A DNA stretch of 51,876 nt, from the sequence record DRR723986_4746. One strand, written 5' to 3'. Under the pieces are notes generated by a model. That model was not told the DNA's origin. It saw nothing but the letters and a program-made list of their open reading frames with translations, and made no database searches. Below, in pieces: positions 27,645-37,563 of this stretch (within the stretch, counting starts at the first letter, position 1; every line of letters begins with the position of its first letter). Made by a program: the position numbers and the translations under genes.

Positions 27645-29885
27645 TCAGCGCCCGATGCGAGTCTGGTTGGTGAGGAAAGGCCAGCCCAGGGACAGGTACA
27701 GGGCCAGGTTGGAGCCCTCCGTAGCGCCAAGCGCGAGATGGAAGGGTCCTATCGGCGAATCCACTCCCAGGTAAACGCTGCCGGCGAAACGCAGGTCGCG
27801 GAACTCCACGTCAGAGCGGTCGCGCCACAGCTGGCCGCCTTCCAGTGAGAAGCCGGCATAAACCGGCAGGTCAACCGGCAGCACACTGTTGTCCGACAGC
27901 CGCCGCTGGTACTGCGCCATCATAAAGGCCATCTGCCGACCGGACAGCAGGTCCTGCGGGAGACCTGAGAGATTGAACAGGCCGCCGAGCTGGTAGTAGT
28001 TCTGTGGTTCGTTGGTCGCGCCCAGGCTTTGCCCGGTCCGGCCAGTCAGGATGACCGTGTTACTGCTGTCCTGCCCGAAACTGTAGGCGGCCTGACCCAA
28101 GGCCTGCCAGCGTTCGAAATCAACGTCAGCGCCCAGCTCACCGCGCTGCATCTCATACTCGGTGTAGAACAGGCCGCCATCCGTAGGGAAAAACACATTG
28201 TCCAGGCCATCGTAACGGTAGGAGACATAGAGCGCACCCTCGTGGAAGTCCTCCTCCGGGAGGTCCGGGCTGCTGGAAACATCGACCCGATACTCGCCAA
28301 AACTGCGGTTCAAACCGAGGCGCAGCTGACTGCGTCGCGCAATATTCACGCCCGCGGCAAGGTCCGCAGTCGCTTTGCGCACGCGCCAGTTGCCGACTAT
28401 CGCAGTGACGTCGTTCTCGGGCCCGATCGAAAACACGTCGTAGTCCCGGTACCCCAGGTAGGGTACGACAAACCAACGGGACTGCAGATCCAGAGGCTGG
28501 TAGAACTCCGAGCTGAGGATCATTGAATCACCGAACTGGACCCTGGAGTAGACTTCGCCCCCGAGTTCATTGACGCCTTTCCACAGATAGCTCGTTCCCA
28601 GATTGAACTCGTTTGCGCCATCGAAGTCGGTGACCAGGTTGAGCCCGAACTTGAGCTTGTCATCACCCCAGTCCTTCTCCCGGGCGTTGATGTGCAGAAC
28701 GGTGATATCCCCTTCCGTGCGCACGTCGTAGTCGATGATCTGCCAATACCCCAGGGCATAGATATCGCCGATATCCGCCAGCAGGCGCTCGCGGTCCAGC
28801 GGCTCGCCCACCTGCTGCCCCAGCCTTACCCGGATCATGTCATCAGATAGCGGGCTGGTGTTATGCACGGCGATCAGGTCGATCACCTGCAGGGCAGGCT
28901 CGGGAAGCTGCCGTGCCGCCAGGTAATCGGACCAGGACTCCGGCGCGACCTGGAACGCCGCCAACTGCGGCGCCAGCGCCCGGGCGGCGTCGTAGCCAAG
29001 CTGGTAAATGTGCTCATATTGATCAAAGTCGAGCATACCGATACCGGTCAGGTCCGGGGCCAACAGCAGATCCTGTGCCTGCAGGGTGGCCAGCTGCTCC
29101 TCCGAATTCTTGCGGGTCAGAAAACCCACCATCTGGTCGGCTACCGCTACCATGGATGTGATTTCGCCACGACTGCGCAAGGGCGTCCCGATATCAACCA
29201 CGATCAGGCGGTCAACCCCCATAGACCGCGCGATATCCACCGGGATATTGTTCGCCAGACCCCCATCGACCAGCAAACGGCCATCGTGCTCTACCGGGGT
29301 CAGCAGCCCGGGGATCGACATACTGGCGCGCATGGCGGTTACGATATTGCCGTTGCCGAACACATAGGCAGTGCCACTCTCGATATCGGTGGCCACCGCG
29401 CGGTAAGGTATCGGCAGCTCATCGAAGTCCATCCGGCTGCCGACATTGCTGGTCAGCTCCTTGATGATCTGGCGGACCTGCTGGCCCTGGATGATTCCCA
29501 GCGGAGTGGAGAGCGTGCCATCTTTCAGGGAAAAGTTGATATCCGAGGGGTAGTCGTAGTCATCCCCCTTGCGCCGCTGGGGCCGCTGGGCCCGGCTCAC
29601 GCTGTCTTCAAAGGCCCATTCCCAGTCCATTTCCCAGATAACCTGCTGCAGTTCCCCGGCGTCCATGCCAGTGGCATAGAGGCCACCCACCAGCGCCCCC
29701 ATACTGGTACCGGCCACCGCGTGGATCGGGATTCGCATTTCCTCCAGCGCACGGATCACCCCCGCGTGGGCGATGCCCCTGGCGCCACCGCCGGCCAGCA
29801 CCAGGCCGGTCCTGGGCTCACTCGCCCCCTGCGCCTGGGCACAGTCGACTCCGAAAAAAAGCAGCAGCACGAGTATCCGAATCAT
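27645..29885 (-). CDS. Patatin-like phospholipase with POTRA and Omp85-type beta-barrel (PlpD-like, type Vd)
   Basis: Signal peptide MIRILVLLLFFGVDCAQA, GGGARG, GTSMG, DGG, and C-terminal DSPIGPFHLALG...YLSLGWPF barrel strands. The ORF-track extension to 30386 lies antisense to the helicase. Confidence 0.88.
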   Translation of the reverse strand: MIRILVLLLFFGVDCAQAQGASEPRTGLVLAGGGARGIAHAGVIRALEEMRIPIHAVAGTSMGALVGGLYATGMDAGELQQVIWEMDWEWAFEDSVSRAQRPQRRKGDDYDYPSDINFSLKDGTLSTPLGIIQGQQVRQIIKELTSNVGSRMDFDELPIPYRAVATDIESGTAYVFGNGNIVTAMRASMSIPGLLTPVEHDGRLLVDGGLANNIPVDIARSMGVDRLIVVDIGTPLRSRGEITSMVAVADQMVGFLTRKNSEEQLATLQAQDLLLAPDLTGIGMLDFDQYEHIYQLGYDAARALAPQLAAFQVAPESWSDYLAARQLPEPALQVIDLIAVHNTSPLSDDMIRVRLGQQVGEPLDRERLLADIGDIYALGYWQIIDYDVRTEGDITVLHINAREKDWGDDKLKFGLNLVTDFDGANEFNLGTSYLWKGVNELGGEVYSRVQFGDSMILSSEFYQPLDLQSRWFVVPYLGYRDYDVFSIGPENDVTAIVGNWRVRKATADLAAGVNIARRSQLRLGLNRSFGEYRVDVSSSPDLPEEDFHEGALYVSYRYDGLDNVFFPTDGGLFYTEYEMQRGELGADVDFERWQALGQAAYSFGQDSSNTVILTGRTGQSLGATNEPQNYYQLGGLFNLSGLPQDLLSGRQMAFMMAQYQRRLSDNSVLPVDLPVYAGFSLEGGQLWRDRSDVEFRDLRFAGSVYLGVDSPIGPFHLALGATEGSNLALYLSLGWPFLTNQTRIGR

Positions 29886-29966
29886 GAACTTAACTCCGAG
29901 GATCCGGGGCACATTATGGCCGAGATCGGCTACCATGTGGGCCGACAATCCCGGGCAATCGAACAA

Positions 29967-31304
29967 ATGACCAAGCTGATCCTGCAAGACCTTCCCCTGG
30001 ACCCCGGCCTGCTGCTGGGGCTGGCGGAAATCGGGGTATCGGAGGCCACCGATATCCAGGCACAGGCCCTGGCACCAGCGCTGGAGGGTAGAGACCTGCG
30101 GCTGTGCGCAGAAACCGGCAGTGGTAAAACCCTGGCCTATCTGCTCCCCGCAGCGCAGCTCGCCCTGCACCCGGCCCCGAACCGCGGCGAGGGTACTCTC
30201 GCGCTGGTGCTGGTACCCACGCGAGAGCTGGCTCGCCAGGTACTCAAGGTGGCGCGCAGCCTGCTGGCCAAAACCTCGTTGCGCGCAGACGCGGTTACCG
30301 GCGGGGCCGATTTCAAGTACCAGCGCGCCCTGCTGCGCAAGAACCCCGAGCTGTTGATTGCGACGCCCGGGCGGCTGCTGGAGCATTGCGCCAAAGGCAG
30401 CGCGGACCTGTCGGCACTGCGTATGCTGGTGCTGGACGAAGCGGACCGCATGCTTGACCTGGGCTTCCGTGACGAGGTGCTGCAGGTCAACAGCCTGTGC
30501 CCGGCGGGCAAGCAGTCGCTGCTGCTATCAGCCACCCTCGGTGGCCGCGGCCTGGGCGCCCTGGGCAGGGAGCTGCTCAAGGACCCCCTCACGATCAGCA
30601 CCACGGAACAACGGCGCGCCCACAGCGGTATCTTCCACCAGCGCGTGCTGGCCGACAGCAGCGAGCACAAGGAGCAATTGCTGCTGGCCCTGCTGCAGGC
30701 CGGTGGCTTCAAGCGCGCGCTGGTCTTCGCCAACAAACGGCGTACCGCCGATCGCCTGTCCGGCCTGTTGCGGCATCACCAGCTAAAAGCCGGGGTACTG
30801 CACGGTGAACTGACGACGGAGCAGCGCAAGCACGTGGTCACCCAATTTTCCGATAGCAAGATCGATATTCTCTGCGCCAGCGATGTCGCCGCCAGGGGGC
30901 TGGACATTGCGGATATCGACCTGGTCATTAATTTCGACCTGCCCCATAGCGGCGACGACTATATTCACCGCACTGGCCGTACCGGTCGTGCCGGTGCCAG
31001 CGGCCTCGCCGTCTCCCTGGTAAGCGCGCCGGAATGGAACCTGATGATCAGTATCCAGCGCTATTTACAGCTGGAATTTGAAGCGCGCACCCTGCCGGGC
31101 CTGAAAGCGCGCTTCAGCGGTCCGCGCAAGCAGAAAAAATCCGGTAAATCGGTCGGCAACAAGAAGCCTAAGGCCGAGCAGCCGCGCAAGAAAACCCGCC
31201 TGCGGGACAAAAAAGCCAAAGGCAAGCCGCGACGGAAGTCGCCGGCTACGAGTAACGATGGCTTCGCGCCCCTGACCCGACGCAAAGCCGACGAGGACGG
31301 CTGA
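29967..31304 (+). CDS. DEAD-box RNA helicase (SrmB-like)
   Basis: AETGSGKT, PTRELA, TPGRL, DEAD, SAT, ARGLD, HRTGRTGR and a Lys-rich tail. Start set at the ATG at 29967. Confidence 0.92.
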   Translation: MTKLILQDLPLDPGLLLGLAEIGVSEATDIQAQALAPALEGRDLRLCAETGSGKTLAYLLPAAQLALHPAPNRGEGTLALVLVPTRELARQVLKVARSLLAKTSLRADAVTGGADFKYQRALLRKNPELLIATPGRLLEHCAKGSADLSALRMLVLDEADRMLDLGFRDEVLQVNSLCPAGKQSLLLSATLGGRGLGALGRELLKDPLTISTTEQRRAHSGIFHQRVLADSSEHKEQLLLALLQAGGFKRALVFANKRRTADRLSGLLRHHQLKAGVLHGELTTEQRKHVVTQFSDSKIDILCASDVAARGLDIADIDLVINFDLPHSGDDYIHRTGRTGRAGASGLAVSLVSAPEWNLMISIQRYLQLEFEARTLPGLKARFSGPRKQKKSGKSVGNKKPKAEQPRKKTRLRDKKAKGKPRRKSPATSNDGFAPLTRRKADEDG

Positions 31305-31305
31305 C

Positions 31306-31848
31306 ATGCGGCTGTTCTTCGGCCTGGGGCTGGATCGCCAGGCCGCCATAGGACTGGACGGCTGGCGCAGCCTGCAACTGCACTGCGACGGCCGGCCCGT
31401 ACCCATGAGCAACTTCCACCTGACCCTGGCTTTTATCGGCGAGCTGGCGCCAGCAAAACTGGAATCCCTCGCCGAGGCAGCCGATGCGGTGGTCGCGGAA
31501 CAGGCTCAGGGGCCCGGCGAATTGCTGATCGACCAGCTCGGTTACTGGCCCAAACCCGGGATCCTCTGGGTCGGCCCCAGCCAGTGGCCAGCGCAACTGG
31601 ATCGGCTGGCCAAGAGCTTACAGACCCTGGCGCAGCGCTACGGCGCCCGGCGCGACAAGCGTGGCTTCCAGCCCCACGTCACCCTGTACCGGAATTGCCA
31701 GGCGCCACCGGTCGCACCGGTGGCCCCGCCGGCGATTGCCATGGCCTGCGACTCCCTGACCCTGTACGAATCACGCCAGGGTCGCGCCGGGGTCAGTTAT
31801 GCGCCGCTCATTGAGTGGCAGCTGGCACTTCCGGAGCGTAACGCTTAA
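31306..31848 (+). CDS. thpR: RNA 2',3'-cyclic phosphodiesterase (2H family)
   Basis: RLFF start with the two HxT motifs HLTL and HVTL. Confidence 0.9.
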   Translation: MRLFFGLGLDRQAAIGLDGWRSLQLHCDGRPVPMSNFHLTLAFIGELAPAKLESLAEAADAVVAEQAQGPGELLIDQLGYWPKPGILWVGPSQWPAQLDRLAKSLQTLAQRYGARRDKRGFQPHVTLYRNCQAPPVAPVAPPAIAMACDSLTLYESRQGRAGVSYAPLIEWQLALPERNA

Positions 31849-33868
31849 ACCAGGCCAGGATCGCCGACACCTTGGCGATGAGCTGGCTGGGGCGTCGGGC
31901 AATGCTGTGCGAGGCACCCGGTATCCTGACCATGGCCGTATCAATACCGCGCAGCTTGAGCGCCTGGTAATACTGCTCGGTTTCCGGGATCGGGGTTCGC
32001 AAATCGGCGTCACCGGTGAGCAGCATGGTCGGCGTCGAAACCTCGCCCACCAGCGACAAGGGCGAACGGCGCCAGTACTCTTCCTGCACTTCCCAGGGCA
32101 TACCGGAGAACCAGTAGCGGGTGAAATACGGGGAATTGTCCGCGGTCAGCGCGAAACTGGTCCAGTTGATTACCGGCTTGGCCACCACCGCCGCGCGGAA
32201 TCGGTCAGTTTTGCCGACGATCCAGGCCGTCAGCGTGCCGCCACCACTGCCGCCGGTCACATAGAGCTGCTCCGCGTCCACATAACCCCGATCAATCACC
32301 GCGTCGACCGCGCTGATAAGGTCATCGTAGTCCTGATCCGGGTAGCTGTGCCGGATCAGGTTGGCAAAAGCCTCGCCATAGCCGGTGCTGCCGCGAGGGT
32401 TGAGATACAGCACCACGTAGCCCGCCGCCGCATAAAGCTGCACTTCGGCAGAGAAGTAAGCGCCGTAGGCAGCGTGGGGACCACCGTGAATTTCGAGGAT
32501 CATCGGATATTGCCGGTCCGGAGAAAAACCCGGTGGCTTCACAATCCAGCCCTGGATATCCAGGCCGTCCGCGCTGGACTTCAGCCACAGTTCCTCGACT
32601 TCAGCCAGCTCGCGCCAGGCGAGCAGGTTTTCATTCACCGCGGTGAGTTGGCGGCGAGCGCTGCTACCGCGCTTGCCCAGGAAGATATCTGCGGGTCGCG
32701 CGGTACCGCCAGCCGTGTAGGCAAACACGTCGTCGCCACCCACCGCAAAGTCAGAGCCCGAATAGGGCCGGCCCAGGGACTTGCCGCCAAGTCCTCTAGC
32801 CAACTCCGTTAGCTTGCCGGCCAGATCGGTCATGGCGAGCACCGTGTCACCCCGGTCATCGTAGCTGAAGAATAGATAGCGCCCGTTCGCGGACCACTGC
32901 GGCGACGAGATGCTGCGATCCAGATCGGCAAGCAGTTCCCGGCTTTTGGAGCCGTCGACGTTCATGACATACAGGCGGTTCCCGTGATAGCTCAGCTGCC
33001 GATCATCCCAGCCGACATAGGCCAGGCGTTTGCCGTCCGGGGAGACCGCAACACCCGAGTCAGCGCCCTGACGCTCGGTCAGCGCGATGATGTCGCCCGA
33101 GCCGAGGTCCAGCCGGTAGATGTCCGTATTGCTGGTATCGCGTTCCCAGTTCGCATTGCGGTTGGCAGAAAAGAACAGGGCGCTGCTGTCCGCGGCCCAG
33201 GCGACCTTGCCGTTGTGGTGGAAATCGCCGGTACTCACCTGGCGGTAGCCGCCGCCGGCGGCGGGCATGATGAAGATATGCGCGTAACCGTGCGGTTTGT
33301 CGCCGGCTCCGTCATTGCGGTACACAACCCGGTCCACCACCTCCGGCGGCGATGCCCACTCGGCACCCTCAGGCCTGGGCGGCAATTCACCCAGCGTCGG
33401 GGGCGTCACCGGTACCCGCATCGAAAAAGCCAGCCATTTGCCATCGGGCGACCAGCTCAGGTGCCTGGGTGTATCCGGCAGCCGGGTCAGCTGGGCGCTG
33501 GTGCCGCGATCCAGCCAGTGCATGAAAATCTGGGCGCCGGTATCGTCCCTGGAAACATAGGCCACCCGATTGTCATCCGGCGCGAGCGCCGGTGCGCTGA
33601 CATTGTTTGCACCGGAGGTGATCGGGCGCGGATCTTTACCCGCACTGTCTACGGACCACAGGTTGCTGCGCGGTTGGTCTTTCATGATGTCCATGCTGTG
33701 CCTGAGGTAAAGCACCCGGTCACCGGCTCGGTTCACCAGGGGTGAGCTGGTATAGGCAAGCTGGAACACATCCACCGGCTCAAGGGCGGGCTGGGGGGCG
33801 GCCTGGAGTGGCAGTGCCGCCAACAGGCCTAGCCAGGTAACTAGCGCGCCGAAAAGTCTTTCGTTCAT
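31808..33868 (-). CDS. S9-family (acylaminoacyl/prolyl oligo) peptidase, exported
   Basis: Signal peptide, beta-propeller repeats, IHGGPH, GGSGG nucleophile, D.RTP and terminal H. Confidence 0.9.
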   Translation of the reverse strand: MNERLFGALVTWLGLLAALPLQAAPQPALEPVDVFQLAYTSSPLVNRAGDRVLYLRHSMDIMKDQPRSNLWSVDSAGKDPRPITSGANNVSAPALAPDDNRVAYVSRDDTGAQIFMHWLDRGTSAQLTRLPDTPRHLSWSPDGKWLAFSMRVPVTPPTLGELPPRPEGAEWASPPEVVDRVVYRNDGAGDKPHGYAHIFIMPAAGGGYRQVSTGDFHHNGKVAWAADSSALFFSANRNANWERDTSNTDIYRLDLGSGDIIALTERQGADSGVAVSPDGKRLAYVGWDDRQLSYHGNRLYVMNVDGSKSRELLADLDRSISSPQWSANGRYLFFSYDDRGDTVLAMTDLAGKLTELARGLGGKSLGRPYSGSDFAVGGDDVFAYTAGGTARPADIFLGKRGSSARRQLTAVNENLLAWRELAEVEELWLKSSADGLDIQGWIVKPPGFSPDRQYPMILEIHGGPHAAYGAYFSAEVQLYAAAGYVVLYLNPRGSTGYGEAFANLIRHSYPDQDYDDLISAVDAVIDRGYVDAEQLYVTGGSGGGTLTAWIVGKTDRFRAAVVAKPVINWTSFALTADNSPYFTRYWFSGMPWEVQEEYWRRSPLSLVGEVSTPTMLLTGDADLRTPIPETEQYYQALKLRGIDTAMVRIPGASHSIARRPSQLIAKVSAILAWFKRYAPEVPAATQ

Positions 33869-33930
33869 ACTGATTCCTGTCGTAAATCCGCTAAACTGCA
33901 GCTTCCGAAAAAGTCGCGAATTATACCCCT

Positions 33931-35961
33931 ATGACCAACCCTCTGCTTGAAGAGCATGAACTGCCTCCGTTTTCCAGCATCAAGCCCGAGCACGCCGAGC
34001 CGGCCGTACGCACGCTGATTGAGCGCAACAAATCCGCCATCGACCGGCTGCTGGCTGCTGGCGGCCCCTTCGACTGGCCGTCATTGCTGCAACCCATCGA
34101 AGAACTGGACGATGCGCTGGCGCGCTGCTGGTCACCCGTGGGGCACCTGAATGCAGTGATGAACAGCGAGGCACTCCGAACTGCCTATAACGCCTGTATT
34201 GGCCAACTGTCCGGTTACAGTACCTGGATGGGCCAGCATAAGGGCCTGTTCGAGGCCTACCACCAGATCGCCGAAAGCGACCAGTTCCAGACTCTGGACC
34301 AGGCCCAAAGCACCGCGCTGGAACACGCGCTGCGCGATTTCAAACTGTCCGGCGTTGCCCTGCCGGAGGCGGAGCAGGCCCGCTTCGGCGAGATCCGCAA
34401 GCGCCTGTCGGAGCTAGGTGCGAGGTTCAGCGAAAATGTGCTGGACGCCACCGATGCCTGGAGCAAGCAGGTGACCGAAGAGGACGTTCGCGGCCTGCCG
34501 GAGACTGCCCTGGCCAACGCCCGCCAGGCGGCCGAACGGGCCGGCAAGGAAGGTCTGCTGCTAACCCTGGAATTGCCTTCCTACCTGCCGGTGATGACCT
34601 ACTGCGAAAACGAGGCACTGCGACGCGAGGTGTATGACGCCTACTGCACTCGCGCGTCAGAGCAGGGGCCGCATGCCGGGCAGTGGGACAATAGTGCGAT
34701 CATCGGTGAGATCATGGACCTGCGCGGTGAACTGGCGGGCCTGCTGGGCTTTGCCAATTACGCCGAAGTATCCCTGGCCACCAAGATGGCCGGCGACACC
34801 ACGACGGTGCTGGACTTCCTGCGGGAACTGGCCCGGCACTCACGCCAGCAGGCGACGCAGGAGTACCAGGAGCTGCAGGCCTTTGCCGCGGAAGTGGCCG
34901 GCAAAGACCAGATCGCGGCCTGGGATGTGGACTACTACAGCGAGCAACTGCGCCAGCGGAAGTTCCAGGTTTCCCAGGAGGAAATCCGGCCCTACCTGCC
35001 GGTCAACCGGGTGCTGCCGGGACTGTTCGAGGTGGTGCGGCGGCTGTACGGTGTCACCGTCGTGGCCCAGGAGAACTTCGACAACTATCACCCGGATGTG
35101 CAGCTGTTCGACGTACGCCAGGGTGATGAAACGATCGCCCGCTTCTACCTCGACCTCTATGCCAGACCGAGCAAGCGCGGCGGCGCCTGGATGGACGACT
35201 GCCGGGTGCGTCGCCAGCGCGCAGAATCGCTGCAAATCCCGGTTGCCTACCTGGTCTGCAACTTCACGCCGCCGGTTGGCGATGAACCGGCCCTGTTGAC
35301 CGAGTCCGAGTTGACCACCCTGTTTCACGAGTTCGGCCATGGCCTGCACCACATGCTGACCCGGCAGACCGTCGCCGCAGTCTCGGGGATCAACGGGGTG
35401 GCCTGGGATGCGGTCGAACTGCCGAGCCAGTTCCTGGAGAACTGGTGCTGGGAACCAGAAGCGCTGGCTTTCATCTCCGGGCACTACCAGACCGGGGAGC
35501 CGCTGCCGGAAGAATTGCTCCAGCGTATGCTCAGGGCCAAAAACTTCCAGTCAGGTATGCAGATGGTGCGCCAGCTCGAGTTCGCGCTATTCGATTTTCG
35601 CCTGCATAGCGAATGGCGCCCCGGGGAAACCGACGTTCAGGCGCTGATCCAGGAAGTGCGCGACGAGGTGGCGGTCATCGAACGGCCACCTTACAACCGC
35701 TTCCAGCACGGCTTTTCCCATATCTTTGCCGGCGGTTACGCGGCAGGCTACTACAGCTATAAGTGGGCTGAGGTGCTCTCCGCCGATGCCTTCTCCCGCT
35801 TCGAGGAAGAAGGCATATTCAACACCGCCACCGGGGCCAGCTTCCGCGAGCACATCCTCGAGAGTGGAGGGTCGCGGGACGCGATGACAAGCTTTGTTGC
35901 CTTCCGGGGCCGCGAACCCAGCATCGAGCCCTTACTGCGACACTCGGGTATCGCGGCCTGA
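33931..35961 (+). CDS. prlC: Oligopeptidase A (M3)
   Basis: NPLL start, HEFGHGLH, WDAVELPSQFLE, GYAAGYYSYKWAEVL. Confidence 0.95.
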   Translation: MTNPLLEEHELPPFSSIKPEHAEPAVRTLIERNKSAIDRLLAAGGPFDWPSLLQPIEELDDALARCWSPVGHLNAVMNSEALRTAYNACIGQLSGYSTWMGQHKGLFEAYHQIAESDQFQTLDQAQSTALEHALRDFKLSGVALPEAEQARFGEIRKRLSELGARFSENVLDATDAWSKQVTEEDVRGLPETALANARQAAERAGKEGLLLTLELPSYLPVMTYCENEALRREVYDAYCTRASEQGPHAGQWDNSAIIGEIMDLRGELAGLLGFANYAEVSLATKMAGDTTTVLDFLRELARHSRQQATQEYQELQAFAAEVAGKDQIAAWDVDYYSEQLRQRKFQVSQEEIRPYLPVNRVLPGLFEVVRRLYGVTVVAQENFDNYHPDVQLFDVRQGDETIARFYLDLYARPSKRGGAWMDDCRVRRQRAESLQIPVAYLVCNFTPPVGDEPALLTESELTTLFHEFGHGLHHMLTRQTVAAVSGINGVAWDAVELPSQFLENWCWEPEALAFISGHYQTGEPLPEELLQRMLRAKNFQSGMQMVRQLEFALFDFRLHSEWRPGETDVQALIQEVRDEVAVIERPPYNRFQHGFSHIFAGGYAAGYYSYKWAEVLSADAFSRFEEEGIFNTATGASFREHILESGGSRDAMTSFVAFRGREPSIEPLLRHSGIAA

Positions 35962-35969
35962 TCAGGCGG

Positions 35970-36656
35970 TCAGTCCTCGCGGCCCAGCCACTGGTAAACC
36001 ACGCCGGCCAGTGCCGCACCCACGATGGGCGCAAGCCAGAATAGCCAGAGCTGGTTAAGCGCCCAGCCACCTTCGAACAGGGCGACACCGGTGCTGCGCG
36101 CCGGGTTCACCGACGTGTTGGTCACCGGGATGCTGATCAGGTGGATCAGGGTCAGCCCCAGGCCGATGGCGATGGGCGCAAAGCCTGCGGGTGCCCGGCC
36201 GTCAGTGGCGCCGAGGATGATGATCAGGAACATGAAGGTCATCACGACCTCGCAAACCAGGGCCGCAGTGAGACTGTAGCCTCCCGGCGAATGCTCCCCG
36301 AAACCATTACTGGCAAAGCCCGCGGTTTCGAACCCGGCCTGACCGCTGGCGATCACAAACAGCACCGCGCCACCGGCGATGCCACCCAGCACCTGGGCGA
36401 CAATATACGGGGCCAGTTCGGCTGCCGGAAAACGGCCGCCGATCATCAGCCCTACTGAAACCGCCGGGTTAAGATGACAACCGGAAATATGGCCAATGGC
36501 GAAGGCCATGGTCAGTACCGTGAGCCCGAACGCCAGCGATACGCCGAGGAGTCCGATACCGACCTCGGGAAAGGCCGCCGCCAACACTGCGCTGCCGCAA
36601 CCACCAAGAACCAGCCAGAACGTGCCGATAAACTCGGCGCCAAGTTTTTTGCTCAT
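35970..36656 (-). CDS. aqpZ: Aquaporin Z
   Basis: [15 protein letters not shown] and two NPA boxes ([12 protein letters not shown]). Alternative start at 36662. Confidence 0.97.
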   Translation of the reverse strand: MSKKLGAEFIGTFWLVLGGCGSAVLAAAFPEVGIGLLGVSLAFGLTVLTMAFAIGHISGCHLNPAVSVGLMIGGRFPAAELAPYIVAQVLGGIAGGAVLFVIASGQAGFETAGFASNGFGEHSPGGYSLTAALVCEVVMTFMFLIIILGATDGRAPAGFAPIAIGLGLTLIHLISIPVTNTSVNPARSTGVALFEGGWALNQLWLFWLAPIVGAALAGVVYQWLGRED

Positions 36657-36744
36657 AGACATGATCAGTTACCTCGCGAATTATTATTGTGTCGAGCCTT
36701 GGTTCACCGCCAGAGCATAGGCAATGCTGCCGGTGTGTCAACGC

Positions 36745-37227
36745 TCAGCTTTTGCGCCACAGGGCGCAACCCTTCTGCCCGGGTCCGGATGCGACGCACA
36801 ACTCGATCTCACGCAGGTCATCGCCATCCGAGTCGCGTACCAATTGCGCCAGCAGGTAGCGGGAAAACTCCTCCACGGTGGCGTTGCGGATCGGCAACAC
36901 CAGGGTATCCTTGCGCAGGAACAGCATGACATCGTCAGCGAACCGCACCTCGTAACAGTCGCCCTGGCTGGCTATCTGCTGGTACGGCGACTCCCCCGCC
37001 AGGATCATGTACTCGTCCAGCCCGTCACACAGGGCCTTGAGCCGGTTCTTGTACACGTTGTAATCCGCGGAAAAGCCGTTATCGCCCATCGGAGCGACGA
37101 TACGCGCAGACACCGAGTAGTTATGCCCATGGAGTCGCTCGCGCTCACTGGCGGAGAAAATGGTGAAATGCGCGGCGGAGAATTTATGGCTCTCCTTGTC
37201 GATATAGAGCGTGGTCAGCTGTTCCAT
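36745..37227 (-). CDS. 6-pyruvoyl-tetrahydropterin synthase / QueD superfamily protein (ExxHGH type)
   Basis: FSAAHF, ERLHGHNY, NATVEE. Start set at the ATG at 37227. Confidence 0.85.
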   Translation of the reverse strand: MEQLTTLYIDKESHKFSAAHFTIFSASERERLHGHNYSVSARIVAPMGDNGFSADYNVYKNRLKALCDGLDEYMILAGESPYQQIASQGDCYEVRFADDVMLFLRKDTLVLPIRNATVEEFSRYLLAQLVRDSDGDDLREIELCVASGPGQKGCALWRKS

Positions 37228-37481
37228 CGGGGGTCCTGGCAAGCGGTAGACTGGCATTGTGGTGCGCCCGGCCCCGGGGTGCAAGCGACTAAGCCGCGCG
37301 GCATCCGGGCAGCACTGGCAGTCCAGCCCATTGCCAGGGTGATCCCGGGCGCAGTAACAGGCGTACTACCGGATGTTATCTGAAAGCGCATGGACACCTT
37401 GAGCGGGCGGCAATGACCGAACCGCCGAGCGCGGGCAGACGGCCGAACGCGGTCACCAGAGTGCGGTATGATGACAGCCGC

Positions 37482-37531
37482 CAGCGGCGCAGCGGCGCAC
37501 CGGCGCAGCGGCGCACCGGCGCACCGGCGCA
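37482..37531. repeat. 8-bp tandem repeat CA(G/C)CGGCG x6
   Basis: cagcggcg cagcggcg caccggcg cagcggcg caccggcg caccggcg ca, read directly from the sequence. Confidence 0.9.
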
Positions 37532-37563
37532 ATCAGCAGCGAAAACAGGGGGTAAACCACGGT

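Noticed and set aside
28863-30386. Apparent long N-terminal extensions of the DEAD-box helicase (813 aa) and patatin protein (913 aa) that suggest fusions or overlap
   Set aside because: Each extension is the antisense of the other gene. Better starts at 29967 (+) and 29885 (-, signal peptide) leave a normal 81-bp divergent gap.
37228-37563. Possible preQ1 riboswitch near the QueD-like and YhhQ genes
   Set aside because: I could not identify a preQ1 stem-loop with an A-rich tail. An Rfam scan would settle it.
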